From a bacterium (GTDB lineage Bacteria > Margulisbacteria > WOR-1 > O2-12-FULL-45-9): a stretch of DNA of 40,896 nucleotides. Positions 1 through 12,646 of this stretch are shown here, piece after piece. The notes under the pieces were generated by a model that was not told the origin of the DNA, searched no databases, and saw nothing but the letters and a program-made list of their open reading frames with translations. The position numbers and the translations under genes were made by a program. The first letter of the stretch is position 1; each line of letters begins with the position of its first letter. Location: the NCBI GenBank assembly GCA_043816125.1, contig JBDRIF010000068.1, positions 1-40,896 of the forward strand, written 5' to 3'.

Positions 1-2
1 TA

Positions 3-467
3 TTGAATGTCATGGTGGCCAAATTAAAAGGGGCCAAAGTTATCGCCACAGATATCAACGAATACCGTCTAAATAAAGCCAAGGAATTTGGTGCCGACCA
101 GATAATCAACGCCAAAGAAAAACTAGACTTTAAGGCCGACCGGATTATCGTCTGCACCGGGGCCTATTCAGCGATAGAACAAGCGTTTAGATGTATTGAT
201 AATAAAGGGACAATTCTCCTGTTCGCCATCCCCAATAAAAATATCGAAATACCGACCGTCGATTTTTGGCGCAACGAAATTACGATCACCTCATCCTACG
301 GCGCGGCAGGGGACGATTTGCCCGAAGCCCTCGAATTAATTAGAAACAAACAAATTAACGTTAAAGCGCTGATCACCCATGTCCTCCCTCTGGCCGAGAT
401 TCAAAAAGGATTTAAGCTTGTCGCAGAAGCCCAAAACTCGTTAAAAGTCGTCTTGACTCCCCAATAA
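3..467 (+). CDS. Zn-dependent alcohol/polyol dehydrogenase (MDR superfamily), C-terminal part; 5' end lies outside the window
   Basis: The frame is open to the window edge. It shows the nucleotide-binding half and C-terminal tail typical of threonine/sorbitol-dehydrogenase-like MDR enzymes (KVIATDINEYRLNKAKEFGAD, IIVCTGA, SLKVVLTP). Confidence 0.7.
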   Translation: MNVMVAKLKGAKVIATDINEYRLNKAKEFGADQIINAKEKLDFKADRIIVCTGAYSAIEQAFRCIDNKGTILLFAIPNKNIEIPTVDFWRNEITITSSYGAAGDDLPEALELIRNKQINVKALITHVLPLAEIQKGFKLVAEAQNSLKVVLTPQ

Positions 468-482
468 ACCCCGTGATATGAT
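453..482 (+). promoter_or_regulatory. sigma-70-type promoter of groES-groEL
   Basis: TTGACT (453-458), an 18-nt spacer, then the extended -10 TGaTATGAT (474-482). CIRCE begins 2 nt downstream. Confidence 0.5.
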
Positions 483-483
483 A

Positions 484-510
484 TTAGCACTCAACTGTTG
501 AGAGTGCTAA
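484..510 (+). promoter_or_regulatory. CIRCE operator (HrcA binding site)
   Basis: Perfect match to the consensus TTAGCACTC-N9-GAGTGCTAA, ending 27 nt upstream of the groES ATG. Confidence 0.93.
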
Positions 511-536
511 TAAAGTCAGGGAGGTGAGTTAAGAAA

Positions 537-830
537 ATGTCCAACAAAGGTTTAACCCCGATCGGAGACAGAGTTGTTATCAAACCGGCTCCGGAAGAAA
601 TTAAGACCAAGTCCGGCATTGTTTTGCCCGATTCAGCCAAAGAAAAACCACAAGAAGGGACTGTCATTGCTGTCGGATCAGGTAAATACGAAGACGGCAA
701 AAAGGTCGCTTTAGAAGTCAAAGTCGGAGACAAGGTAATTTACAGCAAGTACGGCGGAACCGAGATCAAAGTCGAGAACGAAGATCTCATCATCCTGCAA
801 GAACGCGATATCCTGGCAATCAAATCATAA
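537..830 (+). CDS. groES: co-chaperonin GroES
   Basis: 97 aa with the typical GroES sequence ([12 protein letters not shown]..., [20 protein letters not shown]). SD GGGAGGTGA lies upstream, and it sits immediately before groEL. Confidence 0.97.
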   Translation: MSNKGLTPIGDRVVIKPAPEEIKTKSGIVLPDSAKEKPQEGTVIAVGSGKYEDGKKVALEVKVGDKVIYSKYGGTEIKVENEDLIILQERDILAIKS

Positions 831-834
831 TTAA

Positions 835-2505
<1,671 letters not shown>

Positions 2506-2536
2506 TCTGGTTTAATAAGTTTAAGATCCGATAAAA

Positions 2537-2565
2537 GGCTCTGGGCAACCAGGGCCTTTTTCTTT
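2537..2565 (+). terminator. intrinsic terminator after groEL
   Basis: An 8-bp stem GGCTCTGG/CCAGGGCC (one G-U pair) with a GCAA loop, followed by TTTTTCTTT. Confidence 0.6.
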
Positions 2566-2580
2566 GACAATAATTTAAAC

Positions 2581-2609
2581 TTGAATCGACAATTAAGAGA
2601 TGATATATT
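2581..2609 (+). promoter_or_regulatory. candidate promoter of the lipoprotein gene
   Basis: TTGAAT (2581-2586), a 17-nt spacer, then the extended -10 TGaTATATT (2601-2609). SD AGAGGGGG precedes the ATG at 2636. Confidence 0.4.
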
Positions 2610-2635
2610 TACACTAAGAAACAAGAGGGGGAAAT

Positions 2636-3739
2636 ATGATAAAGATTAAATTATTACTCGGCACATTACTTATCTCTAGTGTTTTATTATTTGGCTGCGC
2701 AACAACAAGCACAACCTCCACTTCCACGACTACCACAACAGCAAGCACTACATCCACTTCCACAACTACTACAAGTTCGACATCCACAACAACAACCAGC
2801 ACATCAACGACTACCACGTTAGCGCCAAACCTGTACGATATTAATTTCAATACCAGCGGAGTGGGGCTAGCCGTGGGCGCAGACGGAATGGTATTAAGAA
2901 CAGATAATTCCGGGTTAAGTTGGGAAGTACTCGACATCGGCAGTTCAGAAGATTTTTACTTGGTATATTCCAACGACGACGGAACAGGAACTTTGCTCGG
3001 CACCAACGGCACCTATTTAGCCTCAAATGACGGCGAAACTGGTTGGGGTGAGCAATTTAACGCCCCTGACACAACTGAAACTCTTTATTTTTTTGATGTC
3101 TTTAATGATGACGGGATCGGGCTCATTGCCGGCTCTAATGGAACAATATTGAGGAGTCAGACCCTTGGAGGAACGTTTGAAGCCATTACCGGGGTCACAA
3201 CTTTTGATATTTTTGCCTTGACGAGTAATGGGGGAAATACAATACTTGGATGCGGGAGCAACGGATTAATCATTGTCTCCACCGATACCGGTGAATCATG
3301 GACAGTCGCTGAAAGCGATACAATCAACGATCTTTATTCGATCATTTATCAGCCGGAAATGAATCTTATTTTTGCTGTTGGAGCAAACAATACGCTCCTT
3401 GCCTCCGACTCCTTTGCCTTGACCTGGGAATCAAGTAATATCGACTTAGTATCCAGCTCAACCGATTTTTACACTATGGGAGGGATTGGCAATAATTTAT
3501 ATATTGTTGGAGCTAATGGCACAATATTAGAAACTGCCGATTTTGTCACCTGGACGACAAAAGAAAGCGGGACAACTAGTACTCTTCGAAAATGGGTTGG
3601 GCTCGAAGACAACGAAGAAAATCCGACCGGCTACTTTTTTATCGGTGATAATATGACCATGCTCAGATCGACTGACGGGACAACCTGGTATTTATCTAAT
3701 GATGGTGGCCAAACATGGGGCCCCCCATTTTCCTGGTAA
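2636..3739 (+). CDS. secreted lipoprotein with a Thr/Ser-rich linker and a BNR/Asp-box (Ycf48-like) beta-propeller
   Basis: Signal peptide with lipobox LLFGC. A 40-aa tract made almost entirely of Thr/Ser follows. About seven SxDxGxTW-like Asp-box repeats are present (TDNSGLSW, SNDGETGW, STDTGESW, SFALTW, ADFVTW, STDGTTW, NDGGQTW). Confidence 0.65.
   Translation: MIKIKLLLGTLLISSVLLFGCATTSTTSTSTTTTTASTTSTSTTTTSSTSTTTTSTSTTTTLAPNLYDINFNTSGVGLAVGADGMVLRTDNSGLSWEVLDIGSSEDFYLVYSNDDGTGTLLGTNGTYLASNDGETGWGEQFNAPDTTETLYFFDVFNDDGIGLIAGSNGTILRSQTLGGTFEAITGVTTFDIFALTSNGGNTILGCGSNGLIIVSTDTGESWTVAESDTINDLYSIIYQPEMNLIFAVGANNTLLASDSFALTWESSNIDLVSSSTDFYTMGGIGNNLYIVGANGTILETADFVTWTTKESGTTSTLRKWVGLEDNEENPTGYFFIGDNMTMLRSTDGTTWYLSNDGGQTWGPPFSW
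2699..2818 (+). repeat. low-complexity ACN/TCN codon tract encoding the Thr/Ser linker
   Basis: Encodes ATTSTTSTSTTTTTASTTSTSTTTTSSTSTTTTSTSTTTT. The antisense poly-Val ORF here is an artefact of this tract. Confidence 0.85.
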
Positions 3740-3743
3740 TAAC

Positions 3744-3772
3744 TTGACATACCTATAGACGCTAGCTATAAT
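3744..3772 (+). promoter_or_regulatory. consensus sigma-70 promoter upstream of nusA
   Basis: TTGACA (3744-3749), exactly 17 nt, then TATAAT (3767-3772). It starts 5 nt after the lipoprotein stop codon. Confidence 0.55.
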
Positions 3773-3783
3773 GGATTTGTAAG

Positions 3784-3814
3784 AAAAAGTGGGAGAACTC
3801 CCACTTTTTCTTTT
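3784..3814 (+). terminator. intrinsic terminator-like hairpin in the nusA leader (also the only terminator candidate for the lipoprotein gene)
   Basis: A-tract, then stem GTGGGA/TCCCAC with a GAAC loop, then TTTTTCTTTT. It lies about 10 nt downstream of the predicted TSS and 72 nt upstream of the nusA ATG. Confidence 0.5.
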
Positions 3815-3885
3815 GTATAGCGTTTTTACGCCTAGATTTATAGGCAAATCAGGGTTAGGACACTGATTAAAGGGAGCAAATTAAG

Positions 3886-5043
3886 ATGAAAATAGAGAAT
3901 TTTGATGCGATGCTGGAGGAGATCCAAAGGGAGCGAAATATCCCCAAGGAAGCTCTTCTGGAGGCTATAAAAGTCTCTTTACTCTCCGCAGCGAAGAAAC
4001 GTTTTAAAGAAGAAGACGAAGAAAATCTGCAGGTTAAAATCACCAAAGAAGGGGATGTTAGAATCATCCATAAAGAAGGGAAAAAAGAAAAGGATGTTAC
4101 CCCTGGAGATTTCGGTCGTCTGGCCGCTCAAACAGCTAAGCAAGTTATTATTCAAAGGATCAGAGAGGCCGAAAAAGACGAAGCCTTCAACGAGTTTAAC
4201 GCCAAAGTCGGGGATATTATCACCGGCACCGTCCAACGACGGGAATACGGCGGCTATTTAGTCAATCTGGGACGAATAGAGACTGTCTTGGCCGCAACCG
4301 AACAGATCCCCGGCGAAATTTTGCGTGAACGTGAAAAGGTGAGACTCTATGTAGTGGAGATCAGAAAAACCCCCAAAGGCCCTTTTGTCGTTGTCTCCCG
4401 CGCTCACCCAGGGCTAATAAAGAAACTATTTGAACTGGAGATCCCTGAAATAAAAGACGGGATTCTGGAGATCAAAGGGATCGCCCGCGAAGCGGGTCGA
4501 CGGACCAAAATTGCGGTCTTCTCCAACGATCCAAAAATTGGGGCAGTCGGCACTTGTGTCGGTCATATGGGAGCCAGGATCCAAAATATTGTTAAAGAGA
4601 TCGGTCCGGAGAGGATCGATATTATCGAATGGAAAGATAAACCGGGGGCGATGATCGTCAATTCGCTCAGCCCGGCCAAACCGAGCAAAGTAATCCTGAA
4701 CAAAAAAGAGATGTCGGCCAAAGTTTACGTACCTGAAAAAGACCTCTCTCTGGCGATCGGCAAAGAGGGGCAGAATGTCCGTTTAGCCGTTAAGCTTACC
4801 GGTTGGAAACTCGATATTCTAAACGAAGCAGAAGCAACTAAGGAGCCGATTGAAGCGGCTGAGAAAGACGTCGAGGAAGCTAAAATCAAAGTGAGTGAAT
4901 TAGCTAAAGATTTTGGTTTGAAGAGCATTGAAATTGTTGGCAAACTGCAAAAGCTCGGTTACAAAGTTAAAGCGGCCAACAGTCTGGTCCCGGCCGATGC
5001 GATAAAAAAACTTAAGGAGCAACATGACGAAGAAGCAAAATAA
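3886..5043 (+). CDS. nusA: transcription termination/antitermination factor NusA with a C-terminal IF2_N-like extension
   Basis: 385 aa with NusA N-terminal, S1 and two KH regions (GDIITGTVQRRE, IAVFSNDPKIGAVGTCVGHMGARIQ, LAIGKEGQNVRLAVKLTGW). SD AAAGGGAG lies upstream. Confidence 0.95.
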   Translation: MKIENFDAMLEEIQRERNIPKEALLEAIKVSLLSAAKKRFKEEDEENLQVKITKEGDVRIIHKEGKKEKDVTPGDFGRLAAQTAKQVIIQRIREAEKDEAFNEFNAKVGDIITGTVQRREYGGYLVNLGRIETVLAATEQIPGEILREREKVRLYVVEIRKTPKGPFVVVSRAHPGLIKKLFELEIPEIKDGILEIKGIAREAGRRTKIAVFSNDPKIGAVGTCVGHMGARIQNIVKEIGPERIDIIEWKDKPGAMIVNSLSPAKPSKVILNKKEMSAKVYVPEKDLSLAIGKEGQNVRLAVKLTGWKLDILNEAEATKEPIEAAEKDVEEAKIKVSELAKDFGLKSIEIVGKLQKLGYKVKAANSLVPADAIKKLKEQHDEEAK

Positions 5044-7045
5044 GATTAAGGTTGGAGACTTGGCGATCAAACTAAATATCGATCCCAAAGAACTCCTCAA
5101 AATATTAAAAGATTTTGATGTTCCTGCCAAAACTGCAGCTTCATCAATTGATGAAGAGACCGCCCGGATCGTCACCGAATCTGTCCACCCCTCAAAAGAG
5201 AAACCAGTTGAAAAAGTAGAAACAAAGAAAATAGAACCAGAAAAACCTGTAGCAGCTCCGATCCCAGCGGCAGAGGTGGCTCTGCCCGATGAAAAAAACC
5301 GCGAAGCCATAACCATCGAAACCGAATCGATCACCGTCAAAGACTTATCAGAGCTGATCAAAGAAAAACCGTCTATCGTGATCATGGAATTAATGAAGAA
5401 AGGGGCGATGGCCAACATCAATCAGATGATCAGCACCGATATGGCCAAAGGGGTCGCCGCCAATTTGGGGCATCACCTGATTCTTAAACTTCCTAAGAAG
5501 ACAGATGAAGCAAAATCTCATAACATCGATATTGAACAGCTGGTTACCCGTCCCCCGGTAGTCACCATCATGGGCCACGTTGACCACGGCAAAACCAAAC
5601 TATTGGACGCCATCAGATCTTCCCGCATAGCCGAAGGTGAAGCCGGTGGAATCACTCAACATATCGGCGCCTACCAGGTTGAAATCGAAGGAAAAAAAGT
5701 CACTTTCCTGGATACCCCGGGGCACGAAGCCTTTACCGCCTTACGAGCCAGGGGGGCTAGTGTGACCGATATCGCAATTTTAGTTGTCGCGGCTGATGAC
5801 GGAGTCAAACCACAAACTGTCGAAGCGATCGATCATGCTAAAGCAGCCGGAGTCCCGATCATTGTCGCAATCAACAAAGTCGACAAACCTGATTCCGATA
5901 TCGATAAAGTTAAAACTCAACTCTCCAAACTCGATCTGTTGGCCGAAGACTGGGGTGGAAAAACTGTCATGGTCCCTGTCTCGGCGCTAAAAAAAGAAGG
6001 AATAAATGACCTGCTCGAAATGATCCTCTTGGTAGCGGAAGTCCTGGAATTAAAAGCCGACCCGGCCGCTAACCCGGTCGCCATTGTTATCGAATCACGA
6101 CTGGATAAGGGGAAGGGACCGGTCGCCGATATCTTAGTTAAGAACGGGACCCTGAAGATTGGCGATATTTTTCATAGCGGCTCGACCTACGGCAAGGTCA
6201 GGGCCCTTTTTGATGAACATGGAAAAAGACTGACCGAAGCAGGACCTTCTCGACCGGCCGAGCTATTAGGGATTGCCGATATCACCACTTCTGGTGATTT
6301 GCTGACAGTAGTCAAATCAGAGTCTGTAGCCAGGCAATTAGCTGAAGATAATCAACAAAAAATTAAAACAACCGCTCAACGCAACATCCTCTCATTAGAA
6401 GATTTCTCCAAACATATCAAAGAAGGAGAACAAAAGAATTTAAATCTGGTCCTCAAAACCGATGTTCAAGGTTCCCTTGACGCGATCAATCAATCAATCC
6501 AGGGATTGACCGTTGGGAACATCACCTTAAACATCATTCATAAATCGGTCGGTGCTATCGCCGAATCTGATATTATGCTCGCCATAGCCTCTAAGGCGAT
6601 CGTAGTCGGCTTTAATGTTCCGCTCGAGGGGAACACCTCCGACATCGCCTCTCAAGAAGGGGTTGAGGTCAGGCAATACGACATTATTTACAAGCTGATC
6701 GACGATATCAAACTGGCGATGGAAGGGTTGCTCGAGCCCGAATATGAAGAGGTGGTCCTTGGTCATGCAGAAGTTCGCAACACCTTTAAGTTCTCCAAGG
6801 TCGGAGTCATTGCCGGTTGTTTTGTCACCGACGGCAAAATGCAGCGCGGGGCCAAGATCAGGATCTTTCGTGACGAAGAAAAGATCTTCGAAGGAAAACT
6901 GGAATCGCTCAAACGGTTTAAAGAAGACGTTAAATCGGTCGAGCAGAGTTTTGAATGTGGCATCGCCCTGCAAGGCTACATCAATTTTAAAGCAGACGAT
7001 CAGATCGAGTGTTTTGAGATCAGAGAAAAAGCAAGGAAAAGATGA
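5024..7045 (+). CDS. infB: translation initiation factor IF-2
   Basis: 673 aa with the GTPase motifs ([17 protein letters not shown]) and an IF2_N domain at the N-terminus. SD AAGGAG lies upstream. It overlaps the nusA 3' end by 20 nt. Confidence 0.97.
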   Translation: MTKKQNKIKVGDLAIKLNIDPKELLKILKDFDVPAKTAASSIDEETARIVTESVHPSKEKPVEKVETKKIEPEKPVAAPIPAAEVALPDEKNREAITIETESITVKDLSELIKEKPSIVIMELMKKGAMANINQMISTDMAKGVAANLGHHLILKLPKKTDEAKSHNIDIEQLVTRPPVVTIMGHVDHGKTKLLDAIRSSRIAEGEAGGITQHIGAYQVEIEGKKVTFLDTPGHEAFTALRARGASVTDIAILVVAADDGVKPQTVEAIDHAKAAGVPIIVAINKVDKPDSDIDKVKTQLSKLDLLAEDWGGKTVMVPVSALKKEGINDLLEMILLVAEVLELKADPAANPVAIVIESRLDKGKGPVADILVKNGTLKIGDIFHSGSTYGKVRALFDEHGKRLTEAGPSRPAELLGIADITTSGDLLTVVKSESVARQLAEDNQQKIKTTAQRNILSLEDFSKHIKEGEQKNLNLVLKTDVQGSLDAINQSIQGLTVGNITLNIIHKSVGAIAESDIMLAIASKAIVVGFNVPLEGNTSDIASQEGVEVRQYDIIYKLIDDIKLAMEGLLEPEYEEVVLGHAEVRNTFKFSKVGVIAGCFVTDGKMQRGAKIRIFRDEEKIFEGKLESLKRFKEDVKSVEQSFECGIALQGYINFKADDQIECFEIREKARKR

Positions 7046-7407
7046 GCCGACCAGAACGAATAGCCGAACAGATAAAAAAAGTGGTCAGCGCGATCATCAG
7101 AGAAGATGTTAATGACCCCCGCATCGGTTTTGTCAGCATTACCAAAGTTGAACTCACCTCAGACTTAGAAAACGCCAAGATTTTTATTAGCATATTAGGT
7201 GATGAAAACCAAAAAGTTGAATCGATGAAAGGGCTGCAGTCGGCCACCAGTTTTGTGCGGGGTAAATTAGGGGATGAAATTGAATTTCGCTCGGTACCGG
7301 AGATCCGCTTTGTTAGAGACGATTCGCTGGAAAAAGGGAGTCAGGTCCTAAACATCATGTCCAAATTTAATAGGGACAATAATGAAAGAAACAGCCAACG
7401 CGATTAA
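7042..7407 (+). CDS. rbfA: ribosome-binding factor A
   Basis: 121 aa with the typical RbfA N-terminus (RIAEQIKKVVSAIIREDVNDPRIGFVSIT). An ATGA overlap couples it to infB. Confidence 0.9.
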   Translation: MSRPERIAEQIKKVVSAIIREDVNDPRIGFVSITKVELTSDLENAKIFISILGDENQKVESMKGLQSATSFVRGKLGDEIEFRSVPEIRFVRDDSLEKGSQVLNIMSKFNRDNNERNSQRD

Positions 7408-8359
7408 GCAGGCGATTAAAGACTCCAAGAATGTCTTAGTCGCCTCCCATATTGATCCTGACGGTGACTCGCTCGGTTCGATGCTCGCCATGGGGCAGCT
7501 TTTAACGCAGTTTGGCTTGAAAGTTGATTACTACTCGGAAGATGGAGTCCCAAAAAACTACCGCTTCTTACCCGGATCCGATAAAGTCCGTCGCACACCG
7601 ACCCCCAACCGGATCTATGACCAGTTATTTGCCATGGACGCGTCCGACATTTCCCGTTTGGGAGATAAAGCCATTTTTGCCAATTTCTGCAAGAACGTAA
7701 TTAACATCGACCATCATCCGGATAACACTAAGTACGGCGATATTAACTACGTAGCGTTGACCTCTTCGACCGCCGAACTGGTTTATAAATTATCAAAACA
7801 GCTCGGGCTTAAGATTAACCGTGGGATAGCCGAAAACCTTTATGTCGCTCTGATCACTGATACAGGTAATTTTCGTTATGAGAACACCTCACCGGCCACT
7901 TTTGAGATGGCCAGCGATCTATTAAAGACCGGAATAAATACGCATTCCATCACCACCAGGATTTATGACAATAAAAATTTGGCCAACATTAAGATCCAGG
8001 CCGAGGCCCTGACCAACCTAGAATCTGCGGAAGACGGTAAGGTTGCCTGGGCAATGGTTAATCAAGAGATGATGGAAAAGTATCAGGCCAAAAGTGAAGA
8101 CCTGATCGGGTTGGTCGATCAGCTCCGCTCGATCGAAACGACCGAAGTTGCCATCCTTTTTCGTGAAGAAGAGGGACATGTAAAAATCAACTTTCGCTCA
8201 AAAGAAAAAATCAATGTCTCCCAGATCGCCAAACATTTTGGCGGGGGCGGGCACATTAGGGCGGCGGGGGCGGTCGTTAGAGGGAGAATGGATATGGTTA
8301 AAAACGAAGTTGTGGCCGAAGTGATTAAACATCTTAAGGCCTCAAAGTATCTGGCTTAA
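7382..8359 (+). CDS. DHH/DHHA1 family phosphoesterase (NrnA-like oligoribonuclease/pAp phosphatase)
   Basis: 325 aa with the DHH motifs in order (HIDPDGDSLGS, DHH, GGGGH near the C-terminus). A position after rbfA is common for nrnA-like genes. Confidence 0.8.
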   Translation: MKETANAIKQAIKDSKNVLVASHIDPDGDSLGSMLAMGQLLTQFGLKVDYYSEDGVPKNYRFLPGSDKVRRTPTPNRIYDQLFAMDASDISRLGDKAIFANFCKNVINIDHHPDNTKYGDINYVALTSSTAELVYKLSKQLGLKINRGIAENLYVALITDTGNFRYENTSPATFEMASDLLKTGINTHSITTRIYDNKNLANIKIQAEALTNLESAEDGKVAWAMVNQEMMEKYQAKSEDLIGLVDQLRSIETTEVAILFREEEGHVKINFRSKEKINVSQIAKHFGGGGHIRAAGAVVRGRMDMVKNEVVAEVIKHLKASKYLA

Positions 8360-9267
8360 AAAGAGCTTGCAGCTTCTTCGGTAAGCAGGACTGTCAACAT
8401 CCCCCCATTGGCAATATATTCCTGAACAAAAGATAAAGGACATTCCGCACTAACTCTCTCGGTTAAAGCTCTTTTTGTAATGCCTGCCTTCTCTTTTTGA
8501 GTAGCCATTAAGAGAACATGACGCGGAGGACTTAAGAGCCCCGGGACTCCAAAGATTGTTCCCGGGCCAACAGTCACTGCATAACCAGGGATTTCATCCA
8601 TATTTGCACCCATAAGCCTGGCATTTCTCTCTCTGGTTTGTTCAACTACCGATTGGAGGCTAACAGTCTCTACTCTTGCCGCATCCGTTGACTGATGGTC
8701 ACGAGGCTCATAGAAACCGACATGACCATTCACCCCATATGGCAAAACGACCATATCTATCCCTCCCCAAGCCTCAATCCGCCGCTCAAAATGTCCGGTC
8801 CCAACATCAGCAATTGCCGGAAAATAGGGGGCCCAATCTGGAACCTTAAATAAGCCTGTCTCTTCCATCTGTTTCTGCAGGCTCAAGGGATGATCACTAG
8901 GGAGCAACATCGGGTCACTGTTTGGTTCACTAACCAAATACTCATCCATATTAAAGCTTCTGCCACTAAATCTTTTTGCTCTACAAACCGCGGAAAAGGC
9001 TCTAATAGATGTTGCGGCAGTTGTTGATGAAGGGAAGATATAACTTGGAATACGCCCGGCAGATATGGAGTCTGTCATAACGGAGGCCATTAAGTACGTA
9101 GCCAGTTTTGCCAAATCAAGATCATTGGCAATTATATTTATTGCGATCAGAGTATTGAGGGAAGTACGAACCATTTCGGATGCAACCCGAATCTTTGTTT
9201 CGCGCGGCAGTAACATATGCCGACCTGTCCCTTTTTGAACTTGTACCGAATAATAATGACTCGCCAT
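8356..9267 (-). CDS. divergent glucosamine-6-phosphate deaminase / 6-phosphogluconolactonase family (NagB/Pgl-like) protein
   Basis: 303 aa with NagB-like blocks FNMDEY, YGVNGHVGFYEP (compare GNDGHIAFNEP) and IPGYAVTVGPGT (compare KYALTVGVGT). The N-terminal Gly-rich phosphate loop is degenerate. Confidence 0.6.
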   Translation of the reverse strand: MASHYYSVQVQKGTGRHMLLPRETKIRVASEMVRTSLNTLIAINIIANDLDLAKLATYLMASVMTDSISAGRIPSYIFPSSTTAATSIRAFSAVCRAKRFSGRSFNMDEYLVSEPNSDPMLLPSDHPLSLQKQMEETGLFKVPDWAPYFPAIADVGTGHFERRIEAWGGIDMVVLPYGVNGHVGFYEPRDHQSTDAARVETVSLQSVVEQTRERNARLMGANMDEIPGYAVTVGPGTIFGVPGLLSPPRHVLLMATQKEKAGITKRALTERVSAECPLSFVQEYIANGGMLTVLLTEEAASSF

Positions 9268-9312
9268 AATAATTATTTATCTGTTGATTTTTCAGAAGAT
9301 TTCACTCTTTTT

Positions 9313-9321
9313 TGTTATAAT
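9313..9321 (+). promoter_or_regulatory. extended -10 promoter element of truB (leaderless architecture)
   Basis: Perfect TGtTATAAT, 8 nt before the truB ATG. The upstream gene is divergent, so the promoter must lie within 9268-9329. Confidence 0.5.
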
Positions 9322-9329
9322 GGGGTCAT

Positions 9330-12643
<3,314 letters not shown>

Positions 12644-12646
12644 AGA

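Noticed and set aside
2614-2937. 107-aa ORF rich in Val/Asp repeats on the minus strand
   Set aside because: It is the mirror image of the ACN/TCN codon tract that encodes the Thr/Ser linker of the lipoprotein, so it is an artefact of low-complexity sequence.
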